The position numbers and the translations under genes were made by a program. The notes under the pieces were generated by a model that was not told the DNA's origin, searched no databases, and saw nothing but the letters and a program-made list of their open reading frames with translations. From sequence record OQ363659.1: 64,000 nucleotides of DNA. One strand, 5' to 3'. This document shows positions 18,347-29,300 of the stretch, one piece after another; within the stretch, counting starts at the first letter, position 1; the number at the start of each line of letters is the position of its first letter.

Positions 18347-19795
18347 ATGGATGGTATTGTTCTTTATACTGATGGTTCATTCCGTCAGAATAAAGCAGGT
18401 TGGGGAATTCACGGTTACACCTACAGCAACGTCGCTATGTCTTCCAAAGCGGCGACCAAACAGCAACCGACAGCGAAAGGGTACAAAGATGTACCTGCTT
18501 CGGAAACTGTAACGGTAATCGAGTATATCGATGCTTACGGTTCGATCGAAAACAACCCAACCAATAACACTGCGGAACTCGGTGCTGCGATTGGTGCATT
18601 TGAATATGCACTCAAGACACCTTCGAAACAGATGACTATGCTGATGGACAGCGAGTACGTCCGTAAGGGTCTGACGCAGTACGTTCCAAAGTGGTCGAAA
18701 AATAATTGGGTGAAATCAGACGGTATGCCGGTAGCCAACGTGGACTACTGGAAACGACTGGCTGAACTGAAAGCGTCGTGGGAAGAACCGAAACGTAAAC
18801 TTGATCTGTTGTGGGTCAAAGGTCATTCCAACGACATGGGTAATGACAAAGCTGACGCGAATGCTTTGTTAGGTGCTGGGCATGAAGCTAAAGCCGCACC
18901 GGTTGAAATCAAACAAGAAGGCGAGAAGGTCAACAAGCTTAAGAAGCAACCTGTGAATCCATTGGTTATGGAATCGCGACTGTTGTTCGGGTTTAATACT
19001 GGAGAAGATCCTGATGGATACTACTACATGTATAACTTGGGTCGCATGCATAACTACGGCTTCAAACCACAGGACACTCCGAAAGACAAATTAGCGAAAG
19101 CTGATCTGTTGATTGGACGACCGATTTCTGAAGCAACCTTTGGTGTTTACAAAGCGTACGAGCCAGACGCTTATCTGGAATCCGTAATTGCGATGCACGC
19201 TGCGTGTTTCCCAAGTGATAACCCTGAACTGGGTATTCTCAACTTGGCTAACGTGTTCAACGCTCAGATCCGTAACCGCATTGAAACTGCGAACTCAGAT
19301 TTGTTGTCGAAGCACACAGACATCTTGGTATTGTCGACTGCCGACTATAAACTCGTCAGCCGTACTCTCAACCCTCCGCGACGTGCAAACGATGCCGTAG
19401 CGACATTCCAGCAGCTCCAGCGACAGTTGGACGATTACCTGACAGGGAAGCTGGGTAGCGGGGTTGAAGCTTTCGATATTACATCCGCATTTTTCGAGCA
19501 GGTCTCGTCTGGAAAGAAAGAGATCCGACAACTTCTCAAGACAATTACACAGAACACTGAATCGATTAATCCAAAGATTAAGTTCCGCGGGCAAGACGTG
19601 GAACTCAAGTTGTGTCTCGGTTTGGATATTCCAACTCGTAACCAACTGAATCGAATCGGTGCTGGGTATACGAAGGTAGAAGTGTTGGTCATTGCTGTTG
19701 GGCCTCGTGCCTACACATACGCGACTGTGTTTCAAACGGATGAAGGTTCTGCAATTTACCAGAGTCCGTACACGCAGTTCATTCTACCTAAATAG
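18347..19795 (+). CDS. rnh: RNase H with C-terminal extension (phiKZ gp155-like)
   Basis: LYTDGS, TNNTAELGAAI, MDSEYVRKG, WVKGHSNDMGNDKAD motifs; ATG 18347 with GAGGA RBS. Confidence 0.92.
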   Translation: MDGIVLYTDGSFRQNKAGWGIHGYTYSNVAMSSKAATKQQPTAKGYKDVPASETVTVIEYIDAYGSIENNPTNNTAELGAAIGAFEYALKTPSKQMTMLMDSEYVRKGLTQYVPKWSKNNWVKSDGMPVANVDYWKRLAELKASWEEPKRKLDLLWVKGHSNDMGNDKADANALLGAGHEAKAAPVEIKQEGEKVNKLKKQPVNPLVMESRLLFGFNTGEDPDGYYYMYNLGRMHNYGFKPQDTPKDKLAKADLLIGRPISEATFGVYKAYEPDAYLESVIAMHAACFPSDNPELGILNLANVFNAQIRNRIETANSDLLSKHTDILVLSTADYKLVSRTLNPPRRANDAVATFQQLQRQLDDYLTGKLGSGVEAFDITSAFFEQVSSGKKEIRQLLKTITQNTESINPKIKFRGQDVELKLCLGLDIPTRNQLNRIGAGYTKVEVLVIAVGPRAYTYATVFQTDEGSAIYQSPYTQFILPK

Positions 19796-19805
19796 CGGGT
19801 ATTCC

Positions 19806-20219
19806 ATGAAACTACTAACCAAACTCCAGGAAGTCATTGCTCGATTCTTTACACGAATCGGGCTGCGCTGGTGCGCAAAGTTGGACAATGATTTTAAACG
19901 GATGTGTGTGTTAGCCATTATCCACTCTAAGTGGGTCGGCGGTGATGTTGTCAGGGAACGATATGCTAAAGCCATGTCACTGAACGATCAGATGTGTTTG
20001 GTACGTGACCCGAACGCATTGAAATTCCCTACTTGCATTGCGGATCATTGCCTTAAGGGTATCCCAAGTCTCAATGAAGCCAAAAGCTCCCCGGACTGTG
20101 GGTGGAATCGTATTCGGCGGGCAATCCCTTGCTGGCTACGATACTCCGATGAAGCAACGTTCCGTAACGACATTCAACGGGTCTTCGCTATTTGCGCTGC
20201 ACCTGTGGTTATCGCATAA
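19806..20219 (+). CDS. Conserved hypothetical protein
   Basis: ATG 19806 just after the rnh stop; Cys-rich 137 aa. Confidence 0.7.
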   Translation: MKLLTKLQEVIARFFTRIGLRWCAKLDNDFKRMCVLAIIHSKWVGGDVVRERYAKAMSLNDQMCLVRDPNALKFPTCIADHCLKGIPSLNEAKSSPDCGWNRIRRAIPCWLRYSDEATFRNDIQRVFAICAAPVVIA

Positions 20220-20228
20220 CGACATATC

Positions 20229-20248
20229 GGCTTCCCCTAGGGGAAGCC
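20229..20248. terminator. Bidirectional terminator
   Basis: GGCTTCCC-CTAG-GGGAAGCC flanked by GACATA and TTTATGCC. Confidence 0.85.
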
Positions 20249-20257
20249 TTTATGCCA

Positions 20258-21124
20258 TCAGCGGAGTTCTTTCTCAAGTGTAGCGAACACTTGGTTTACT
20301 TCAGTCAGCTTGGTGATTTGAATAGCGTACCATTCAATCCACTTAGCTGTAGTAGCCAGTTCGTTACCGATCGTTTGGATCAGCTGTTTAGAAGCCGGAT
20401 CACGCTCGGAACTGAGAGACTTGAACAACCCTTGGGCCACAGCCGAAAGTTGCTCTACCGACGCTCGTACGGTCTCTGGTGGGCATGTAGCCAACACCTT
20501 ACCATACTCGACCATCTGGAACTCTGCTTTAACAAACTCTTGGTTGTTAGAGAACAGAGAACCGAAGTTCGTAGTAGCATCGTTACCGCCTTTGAAGTAC
20601 TTCATTTCTTCAGCGTACAGCTTAGCGATCTGGTTTGCATCTAATGCACCGCCAGGGAAGTCCCGACGATCACTACGTTCCGAAGGATTGGTCACGTAGT
20701 AACCCAGCCGCTTGATAGCTGGATCAATCACCGCAGTCTTGATAGTAGCTGCCAGAGCGATGCGTGCTTGCATACCCATCACGTAGTCATGCAGGTTACC
20801 ACTGAAGCCACGAGGCATAGAGACCATCTTGCTTTGGATCTCCATGTAGTCCAGAGATCGCATTACGGTCTGCATGTTAGCAGGATACAGTGTAGTGAGT
20901 GGAGCCCAGTTAAACGTAGTCAACAGTTCGAAGCCACGTTTGATAGACATGGACACGTTGGCACCCATACGGGCAAACCAACCAGAAATTGCACCCATCT
21001 CGGCAGCTTCCATGGAAATGCTTTCACATGCGAAGTAGAACTGACGGATTGGATCGACCGACGGATTATCCGCCGATTCGTTAGATACGACTTCGTTCGT
21101 ACCATAGCGAGTAAAGAGAGACAT
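20258..21124 (-). CDS. Head protein processed by prohead protease (phiKZ gp153-like)
   Basis: VVSNES and ISMEAAE S-X-E sites near the N-terminus; TATG upstream; synteny. Confidence 0.7.
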   Translation of the reverse strand: MSLFTRYGTNEVVSNESADNPSVDPIRQFYFACESISMEAAEMGAISGWFARMGANVSMSIKRGFELLTTFNWAPLTTLYPANMQTVMRSLDYMEIQSKMVSMPRGFSGNLHDYVMGMQARIALAATIKTAVIDPAIKRLGYYVTNPSERSDRRDFPGGALDANQIAKLYAEEMKYFKGGNDATTNFGSLFSNNQEFVKAEFQMVEYGKVLATCPPETVRASVEQLSAVAQGLFKSLSSERDPASKQLIQTIGNELATTAKWIEWYAIQITKLTEVNQVFATLEKELR

Positions 21125-21165
21125 GGTAGCTACCTTGTGTTAAATGAAATCAGGAGTCTAGACAT

Positions 21166-21173
21166 AAAATTAC
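21166..21173 (+). promoter_or_regulatory. Putative middle promoter AAAATTAC
   Basis: AAANNTAC motif upstream of the recombinase gene. Confidence 0.55.
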
Positions 21174-21222
21174 GCTCAAACTCAATTAATTGATTGCTCT
21201 ATATCGATAAAGAGGATACTAC

Positions 21223-22647
21223 ATGTTTCAAAACGTTTTCAAGAAGCCATCATTCCGACCTGCGGTTAACGTCGGTTGTTTGATGGACGTGTCCACCGGT
21301 CACTATGAAGAAGGTGAACACGGTGAGATGATTCTCAATGGTGGTCTAGGTGCACTGAACGGTATCGTGTCACGACCAAACAACTTCAAGACAGCACTCG
21401 GTGTTTACATGCTGTCGATGGTACGTCGTGCATTTCCGGGTAGTCACTCGATGGTGTACGATACTGAAGGTACACTGAATCCTGTTGCACGTTTCGCTTC
21501 TGTTGCCAAGCACTGCCCTGAAATCGCTGCCATCGACTTCAACAACGATGACCAGTTCATGTTCACTGACTTGTCTCAGTACACTGGTGACGAGTTCTTC
21601 TTCACTCTGCGTAAAGCTCTGGATGCTAAGCCAAAAGATCCAAAGACTTACATGCGTACTTCGCCATTCAAAGATGTCGATGGTACCAACAAACAGTTCC
21701 TGCATCCTACTACTGCGTTTATTGACTCGTTCTCGAAGTTCATTGTATCTGCTGTAGATGAGATGTACGCCAAGAACAAAATCGGTGATGGCAAGAACAA
21801 CACCGACGCCATGACGAACGGTAAGGCCAAGAACCAGCTGTTCAACCAGCTTCCACAGGTTGCTGCTCAAACCGGTACTCACTTCATCCTGACGGCTCAC
21901 GTTGGTGACATTATCCAGATGGAAATGTATCCGACTGACAAACGTAACCTGACCGGTATGAAGAAAGATACCGTGCTCAAAGGTGTATCGGGTGGCTTCT
22001 ACTCACTGCCTAACAACGTCTGGGATGTTATCTCGAACAAACCTCTGCTGAACTCTGACAAGATGCCAGTGTATCCGCTGGGTACTGCTGCTGATCAGAT
22101 CCAGGGTGACTCTGACCTCCGTATCCTGGAAGTTAAGAACCTGCGTCCTAAAGGCGGTATCTCGGATCTGCCTGTACCGATCATCGTAGCTCAGTCTGAA
22201 GGTGTACTGGTCGGTCTGACCGAGTTCAACTACTGCAAGGAAAACAACTGGGGTATCGGTGGTAACTTGCAGAACTATTACGTCGAGCTGATGCCTGACG
22301 TATCGCTGCGTCGTACTACCGTTCGTACCAAGCTGAACGAATCGGCAGAATTGCGTCGTGCTTGTGAGATCCAATCAGAACTGTTGCAGTTCATTCACTT
22401 CAAACGTGAGTTCGATACTCCTGATCCTAAGACCCTTTATGAAGGTCTGATCAAGATGGGCTACGACTGGAAAGTTCTGCTGAACACTCGTGGTTACTGG
22501 ATGTGCAAAGAGGAAGAGCACCTGTGCGAGAAACCATTCCTGTCTACTAAAGACTTGGTTCGCATGCTGCGCTTCGAATACGTTCCATACTGGATGTCGA
22601 AAGAAGACAAAGCCAAAATCAAACCTCTGGAGGTTGCTGCTGCATGA
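21223..22647 (+). CDS. uvsX: UvsX/RecA-like recombinase (phiKZ gp152-like)
   Basis: P-loop-like GIVSRPNNFKT, YDTEG, FIDSFS Walker B, ILTAH motifs. Confidence 0.85.
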   Translation: MFQNVFKKPSFRPAVNVGCLMDVSTGHYEEGEHGEMILNGGLGALNGIVSRPNNFKTALGVYMLSMVRRAFPGSHSMVYDTEGTLNPVARFASVAKHCPEIAAIDFNNDDQFMFTDLSQYTGDEFFFTLRKALDAKPKDPKTYMRTSPFKDVDGTNKQFLHPTTAFIDSFSKFIVSAVDEMYAKNKIGDGKNNTDAMTNGKAKNQLFNQLPQVAAQTGTHFILTAHVGDIIQMEMYPTDKRNLTGMKKDTVLKGVSGGFYSLPNNVWDVISNKPLLNSDKMPVYPLGTAADQIQGDSDLRILEVKNLRPKGGISDLPVPIIVAQSEGVLVGLTEFNYCKENNWGIGGNLQNYYVELMPDVSLRRTTVRTKLNESAELRRACEIQSELLQFIHFKREFDTPDPKTLYEGLIKMGYDWKVLLNTRGYWMCKEEEHLCEKPFLSTKDLVRMLRFEYVPYWMSKEDKAKIKPLEVAAA

Positions 22648-22964
22648 CGTACATCGGGAAGGTATTAAGTTGGATTTTCAAACCGATTACCTTCCCGTTG
22701 GGTTGGTTATTCAAACACCGCTGTGAAATCATCCCTGGAACAGACGTGTGTAAAAGCATGTTCTGTCCAGTGGGCAAACAAGGTAAGAAGGATTGGACAA
22801 ATCTTAACAGAGCTGGGGAATGGTCAAAGATACCACCCCGCCCTAAGTTACCTAGTGTTGTTCCGGCACCTCCGCCTTCGGTAGCAAGAAGATGCGTCGA
22901 TCACTTGACTGCCGATGATATCAACCGGCTATTGGTAGAAGCCCACAGACGAACACAAATATGA
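22644..22964 (+). CDS. Hypothetical protein
   Basis: ATGA overlaps at both ends, 106 aa. Confidence 0.55.
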   Translation: MTYIGKVLSWIFKPITFPLGWLFKHRCEIIPGTDVCKSMFCPVGKQGKKDWTNLNRAGEWSKIPPRPKLPSVVPAPPPSVARRCVDHLTADDINRLLVEAHRRTQI

Positions 22965-23305
22965 ACGTATACACATTCCAGCTTGGTAAGTTAGAGAATC
23001 TTCTTTTCAATACGATTCCTTACTACGACACTACCGTCAAGTCGGGCATGTGGCAGTTGGCTCCTTCGTGGGACATTGTGATGGCTGTTAAAAGCAAGCG
23101 GATCACACCCGAGCAATACGAAGCCCAATACATGGCCATGCTGGAATGGCGTTACTTCACATACCCAGAATTTTTTGAGTGGTTGATAAGCCATGAACAC
23201 ATTGCGTTCGGTTGTTATTGCGCCGCCGGTAAATTTTGTCACCGGCATCTTATCACCAAGTTCCTTTCCAACATAACAGACGTTAATTACTGCGGTGAGC
23301 TTTAG
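22961..23305 (+). CDS. DUF488-like protein
   Basis: LAPSWD...Y...Y...CYC..GKFCHRHLI pattern. Confidence 0.65.
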   Translation: MNVYTFQLGKLENLLFNTIPYYDTTVKSGMWQLAPSWDIVMAVKSKRITPEQYEAQYMAMLEWRYFTYPEFFEWLISHEHIAFGCYCAAGKFCHRHLITKFLSNITDVNYCGEL

Positions 23306-23321
23306 TTAACAGGAATCAAAC

Positions 23322-23615
23322 ATGTCTTATAATCAATTCATCTTCGAGATGACCCGTGCTGTCGATCCTGAGCTAGCTGAAGATCTTAATCGTCGCATGA
23401 CGGTCACTCTGACCACAACCATCGAAATGTCAGACTTCATGAATGGCATTTTAAGTCAGTATCCATCTGACTGGGCCAAGTATTGGTTCACCAAAGGTCA
23501 GCCATACACCATCGAACAGTGGTGCACTTATTACCGTACATGTGTGTTACCATTCTTCTGCATGCATCGATTGCCTCCCGTAGCAGCAGATGCGAGACCT
23601 ATCTATCCGGTCTAA
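23322..23615 (+). CDS. Hypothetical protein
   Basis: 97-aa ORF with AGGA RBS. Confidence 0.65.
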   Translation: MSYNQFIFEMTRAVDPELAEDLNRRMTVTLTTTIEMSDFMNGILSQYPSDWAKYWFTKGQPYTIEQWCTYYRTCVLPFFCMHRLPPVAADARPIYPV

Positions 23616-23645
23616 TCGTATAGTATTCATTAATGGAGAAATACG

Positions 23646-24314
23646 ATGTCACGCAAAGCTACAGAAAAGGAAGCATTACATTTCATTGACATGTTTCTGC
23701 CAGGGAGTAAAAACAAAGAACTCCTGGCGGACATGTTCAAGCGAATGTCAGATGCCGAATTTGAACAATGGATTAACAACTTAGAGAATGGCACAGAGTA
23801 CGTTACTCTGTACGCTCCTAACTTGGCAGACGTTACACTGAGCATTGAACGGAACTATAAAGTCGCTGAGGCTTTAGGTTTTGAACTGTTCCAGCAACTC
23901 CGTCTGACTGACCAATCCACTGGGCAAGTTTATCTAACCCCAAACAAACACTTGATCGGCATGCTACCGTTACGGCGACAAGTGCAGATGCTTGCTAAGA
24001 AGCGATCGATCCCAGGTTCTAGCCACGTGGTGGATGAACGCTCGGGCCAGGCTTCTGGTGATTCTAAAGGTTCTCGTCTATCGGGTCCTGAGATCCAGGT
24101 AAACGTTTCGAAAGGTTTGAACACCGCTGTATTGGAACTGGTGAAGTTCCGTGGTGGTGACGCAGAAGCGTATAACCAAATGAACCGCCAGATCATGGAG
24201 ACTGGTGAAGCTTCACTGAACTCAATCATGGCTGAATCGCCAAGCATTGTGAAATCCAATAAAACGTTGTCGGTGTATCTGTCGGCAATGATGCTGAGGA
24301 ACAACCTAACATGA
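23646..24314 (+). CDS. rpoB: Virion RNA polymerase beta subunit, C-terminal part (phiKZ gp149-like)
   Basis: RRQVQMLAKK...GDSKGSRLSGPEIQV...LELVKFRGGD resembles the RpoB C-terminal GQRFGEME...LTVKSDD region. Confidence 0.85.
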   Translation: MSRKATEKEALHFIDMFLPGSKNKELLADMFKRMSDAEFEQWINNLENGTEYVTLYAPNLADVTLSIERNYKVAEALGFELFQQLRLTDQSTGQVYLTPNKHLIGMLPLRRQVQMLAKKRSIPGSSHVVDERSGQASGDSKGSRLSGPEIQVNVSKGLNTAVLELVKFRGGDAEAYNQMNRQIMETGEASLNSIMAESPSIVKSNKTLSVYLSAMMLRNNLT

Positions 24315-24784
24315 CCCAACCTCTAATCGATTCCATCCGCCGTGCGTGGGTGGAAGGGTTAGAAGAGTTTTTGTCTACCGACCCCGTTGGCGGTAAGTCA
24401 CTGCTCCCTAACCTAACTGCCGTAATCGGTAACATTCGTATTCACCAACTGCTACGCGAAGGTAAGAATGAATCTTACGTCCGTCGCGTGTATGATGACA
24501 TCCGTAATATCCCTGACTTCTACACACTGTTCATGTCGGCAGTTTCTGCTTTTATGTTGCAGTTAGATCAGCCTCATGCAGCGATGGAATACTTCAGCAA
24601 TCGTGTTGAAGTGTATACAGACAAGTCTGGTGTCGTTGACGCCACCACATTGTCCCGTAGAGCGCCTACAGGCACGTTATTAGCGATCTTAACAGAGAAC
24701 CCATGGCTCTTTATGCTTTTGGTCGCATCAACGCATGAGCGCGATACTATCGCCGTTCTGGTCAAACATGGACTGAAGAAATGA
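24311..24784 (+). CDS. Conserved hypothetical protein
   Basis: 157 aa, ATGA-coupled. Confidence 0.7.
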   Translation: MTQPLIDSIRRAWVEGLEEFLSTDPVGGKSLLPNLTAVIGNIRIHQLLREGKNESYVRRVYDDIRNIPDFYTLFMSAVSAFMLQLDQPHAAMEYFSNRVEVYTDKSGVVDATTLSRRAPTGTLLAILTENPWLFMLLVASTHERDTIAVLVKHGLKK

Positions 24785-25608
24785 TTCGACGTATTCTCAT
24801 CGGTATAGATGAACTACTCGATACTCGACTGGGTGTTATTGCTAACATCAGTCAAGAAGCGGCTAAGTTACTCGTAAACAATCCTGGGTACTGGGAACGA
24901 GACTTTGATGACTGGCCTAAACTAACGAATGGACTTGTCACGAAAGAAGCATTCGAGAAAGCATGGGCTGAACGTGGTGGTGATAACAGTGCTGCTACGA
25001 TCAACGCTAGCTTTGAAACAGGACTGGCTCCATTCCTTTACCAGATGCTCGCTGAAGCAGATATCAACATGATGGATGGGATGACCCGGTCTAGTGATGA
25101 AATCGGCTTAGCGATCAACACAGCGCCATATGTGATGTCTCCTAGCGAACGTGCTACGATGATCGAGATCATTCAATTGAAGTATGGCCGTGAGTTGAAT
25201 GTAAAGCTGGTCGACTACACAATCGAAGAGCTAACGGTTGAGCGGCTGGCTGATGAATTCGGTGCGATGATTATCTATGACTTTGCTAATTGGTTTAAGA
25301 TTCACCATGTAGCTATCGTAGGTGTGTTGATGCCCGACTTCAACATTGTCCATCCCAAGTTGTTTGACATGGACCCTAGTGAACTGACGTTAGAAGAGAA
25401 ACGTCACGAGTTCGTTAAGTTCCGTTCATTCACCCAGCACAACATGGACATCAACTGGATCGATGCCCGCTACTTCAGCTTGATCAATACCAGACATTCG
25501 TTAGCCCCACCGACAGATGACGTTGATGAAGACGAAATCCCGCAGGTAGGTTTGATCGATGAAGACTTCCGTGATCTGATTCGAAATGGCATAAAGGCCT
25601 CCCCTTAG
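24781..25608 (+). CDS. Conserved protein with degenerate HAD-like N-terminus
   Basis: RILIGIDELLDTR start, IIYDF motif. Confidence 0.6.
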   Translation: MIRRILIGIDELLDTRLGVIANISQEAAKLLVNNPGYWERDFDDWPKLTNGLVTKEAFEKAWAERGGDNSAATINASFETGLAPFLYQMLAEADINMMDGMTRSSDEIGLAINTAPYVMSPSERATMIEIIQLKYGRELNVKLVDYTIEELTVERLADEFGAMIIYDFANWFKIHHVAIVGVLMPDFNIVHPKLFDMDPSELTLEEKRHEFVKFRSFTQHNMDINWIDARYFSLINTRHSLAPPTDDVDEDEIPQVGLIDEDFRDLIRNGIKASP

Positions 25609-25615
25609 GGGAGGC
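25597..25615. terminator. Bidirectional terminator
   Basis: GCCTCCCC-TTA-GGGGAGGC flanked by GGCATAAA and TTTATGTC. Confidence 0.85.
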
Positions 25616-25624
25616 TTTATGTCG

Positions 25625-26293
25625 TTACAGACTGAACGTTTCAACAGGAGTGAATAGTTCATCGGGGATGGTTGGCAGTTCAGCCAGTGTGGTTGCGGCT
25701 TTAACTTGGTCCTTAAGAACCCACGCAGTGCCATAACCTTCAGTAACACGAGCAAACGTAGTGTCAGCCAGAGCTACGAATTCAGCAGCAGTCAACGTAA
25801 CGTTAACGTTCTCGAATACACGGAACTTGATTTCCATGTCACGGGATTCAGCGATTGCTTCTTTGGCGATCACTCGGATAGAACTGATGTTCTGGCGATC
25901 GGTAGTACGGATCTGTACATGGTAAAGACCCTCAGCGAATTGATAAGGGAAACCCTTTTCAAACTGAGCTACACGGAAAGCTTCGATCTGTGGTTCCAAC
26001 AGTGCTTTGGCTTGAGCCAGGTTAGATGCAACTTCGTCTTCAGTAAAGCTACGTGCGACGTAAGTGCGGTACCATTCGCCATCGGTTAGTACAGGTTTAC
26101 CTTCAACAACAACATCTGCTTCTGGCACTGCTACATCATGAACGACTTCGTAACCGTAAGCAATCAGTTCATCGGAATCGATGCTAGATGGGAAGATAGT
26201 GGTCTTGACGCGGCTGGACAGCTCGCTCAGGTACACTGGGTAATCACCGGTATCCGATTCAATCAGACGGGTGGTTTTAGTAACTAGAGTCAT
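25625..26293 (-). CDS. Tail-fibre assembly-type protein (DUF4376-like)
   Basis: IEAFRVAQFEKGF...QIRTTDRQN...LKDQVKAATTLAEL pattern; directly after the fibre gene. Confidence 0.7.
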   Translation of the reverse strand: MTLVTKTTRLIESDTGDYPVYLSELSSRVKTTIFPSSIDSDELIAYGYEVVHDVAVPEADVVVEGKPVLTDGEWYRTYVARSFTEDEVASNLAQAKALLEPQIEAFRVAQFEKGFPYQFAEGLYHVQIRTTDRQNISSIRVIAKEAIAESRDMEIKFRVFENVNVTLTAAEFVALADTTFARVTEGYGTAWVLKDQVKAATTLAELPTIPDELFTPVETFSL

Positions 26294-26335
26294 GGGTATT
26301 CCTTGATTGGAAATGGATTCATAGGATGAACATAA

Positions 26336-26355
26336 GGCTCTCCCGAAGGAGAGCC
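26336..26355 (-). terminator. Intrinsic terminator
   Basis: GGCTCTCC-TTCG-GGAGAGCC then TTATG. Confidence 0.8.
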
Positions 26356-26362
26356 CTTGTCA

Positions 26363-29300
26363 TTAGCTGGCGGTTTGAGCACCAACAGCACCGATCAACA
26401 CAGGCGAGGCACCACCGATAACCAAGAAGGTTACGACGTTGATACCAGCTTGGTAGGTCGGAGCAACACCACCGTTCCAGATCAGGTTCGAAGCAGTAAC
26501 TGCTGTACCGTTGATTTGGAAGCTGAGAGCCGCGACAGAGCCACGGACCAACAGCACCAGGGTAGTAGCACGACCAGCACCTGGGAGGTTAGTGAAGTTG
26601 ATGGTCTTAGCCACTGCACCCGTGGTGTTAGTGATATCCATCAGCTGTTGAGTAGCAGCGTTGAACGTTGCGGAAGCCGTACCAGCAGCGACAGCAGTAG
26701 ATGCTGTGTCGTAGCTATCGAAGGCAACCCAGTCCGTTGCAGTACGCAGGTACTTCTTGGCATCTGCCGGAGCATTGATACCAGTGTACTCTACCCAGTT
26801 GGTGTTCTGACCAGAACGCAGGTAAGTCTTGCCTGCTGTGGTTGGAGCTTCACCGATACCCGCGGACGGGATGACGATCTCTTTCCAGATTGGAGCGGAA
26901 CCAGCAGCTTCGTATACACGAACGTAGTTCTTACCATCTTTAACAGTCAGGTCTGCGATACCAGCAGGGACTTCAGTCCAAGCGCCATTGGTCTGACCGT
27001 TAGCACGACTGCGAGCGTAAAGCTTACCGTCAGCTGTTGGTTCAGGGAATGCAGGGAATTGGATTTCAACCCACTCGCCTTCATCCGTGGTACCAGACTT
27101 CAGTTGACGACCGTAGACCTTGCCACTTACGAGGCTCGGTACTTCATCAACCGGCAGTTTGACCCAGTCGCTACCCAGACGTACAACCTTACCGAGGTTA
27201 GGCAGTGGTGAGTTAACGTCACCAGCAACCAGACGGCCCATTTGCAGCCAGCCGGAGGTGTTGTCTTTGTAGAAGGTATCGAACTGTGCGTTAACAGCCC
27301 AGTCACCTGCACGACCGTAGTCTGGGGTAGGTTCGAACACGCCGTTAGGCAGTACCAGCCACAGAGAACCACGCTCACCGGTATTACCAGTGTTACCTTT
27401 CAGACCAGTCTTACCCTGAATACCTTGTTCACCCTGAGGGCCACGAACAGGACCAGCGTTGAACCACTCAGTGGCACCACCGACAGGATTGATACCGTAC
27501 AGGTACAGATCGCTACCAACCAGGTAACCTTCACCGGCAGTACCGGTTGGGTGTGCAGCTTTCAGAGCGGACTCAGTAGCGTACGAACCCATGATAGTGA
27601 TCGAGGTACCGGCAGGGCCTTGAATACCCTGTTCGCCATCTTCGCCTTTCTCACCACGCAGGTAGATACCTGGGTTGTAAACACCAGCGTCGTTGACTTG
27701 GTACAGGCGACCATCTTCTTGGGTGTAGTAAGCATCGCCTACTTCCAAGGTCGATGGATCTGGCAGGTTAGCGATCAGATCGACTTCACCTTTGATGTTC
27801 AGGCCAGGACCCGCAGGACCGACCGCACCATCTACACCGTCAGTACCATCGGTACCGTTGTTACCAGTCTCACCTTTGTCACCCTTATCGCCTTTGAATT
27901 GACCCAGGTTGACCCAAGCACCAGAGATCCACATGTAGAGGATACCAGTGTCCAGAGTGGTGTAGGCATCTTGTTCAGCTGCACCAACAGGCAGAGCCGC
28001 TTGGTTAGCTACAGAGCCTTTGATGACAACGTTGCGACCATTGGTGCCGTCCGTACCATCTGCGCCGTCTGCACCTTTCAGCGTAGCCAGGAATTCTGCC
28101 TCGGTACCGCTGTTACCAGCGTCGAGCCAGATTTGGTAGACAGACTTACCATCAACACCATCCGTACCATCTGCGCCGTCTTCACCACGGAAAGGACCAG
28201 CATCGATCCAAGCGCTAGTGGCGTAGATGTGCAGGTGACCAGTATCCAGTGCAACCCATGCATCTTGGTCAGCTGGAGTTGGCAGGGCCTGAATAGCAGC
28301 CAGGTTAGCCTGGGTACCTTTGACTTGCAGGTTACGACCGTCAGTACCATCGGTACCATCAACGCCGTTGGTGCCCTTCAAGGAAGCCAACCAAACATCT
28401 TCAGTACCTACGAAACCATTTTCAACCGCGATGTCGTATGCCGACTTACCGTTCAGGGAACCGAAGTTGACGTAATCAGAATTCGCAGGAGTGGTTTCAT
28501 CAACAATCCAGATGTACAGATCGCTGCCCACGTAGTAGGCTTCAGCTGGGGTACCCGGACGTGGCAGTTCCGATTCATTGGTCAGACGACCTTTGATCTC
28601 AAACGCCAGTGCAGGATCACCTTTATCGCCTTCATCACCTTTCAGAGATGCCAGCCACTGTACTTCAGTACCGACAAAACCATTGGCTACAGCTACTGCG
28701 TAAGCAGAGTCCCCGTCATCACCTTTCTCACCATCGATACCATTAGTACCGTTAGTGCCATCAGTACCGCGGTCACCCTTAGTACCTTTCAGCGAAGCGA
28801 TGAAGTCAGACTCAGTACCAGTGTTGCCAATATCCAACCAGCTTTGGTAAGCAGACTTACCAACAGGACCAGGTACACCGATGTCCACCCAACGACGGGT
28901 AGGTTGTTCAACCAGCGTCCACAGAGAGCTACGCCATACGTACGTGTCACCAGCTTTGTAGTTCACGTCGAGTGGCAGCTCAGCACCAGTGGGCCATTCA
29001 CCCAGATAGTTCAGACCACGACCTTCAGGACCTTGCATCGAGTTAGACTTAACCCATGCAGTACCATTCCAGACATGCAGGAAAGTATCAACGATGTAAG
29101 CATCACCTACAACGGATTCACCCAAGTCAACCACTTCTTGGAATTGTTCTTCCGAGATAGTGTCGATAACATTCAGGCCTTGACCGATGTCCCCTTTCTC
29201 ACCAACTAGACTTTCCAGCCATTGTTGCAGGGTACCTACGAAACCATCATCTACAGCAACCTGATAGGCCGAATCACCATCTGCACCTTTCAGTGCATTA

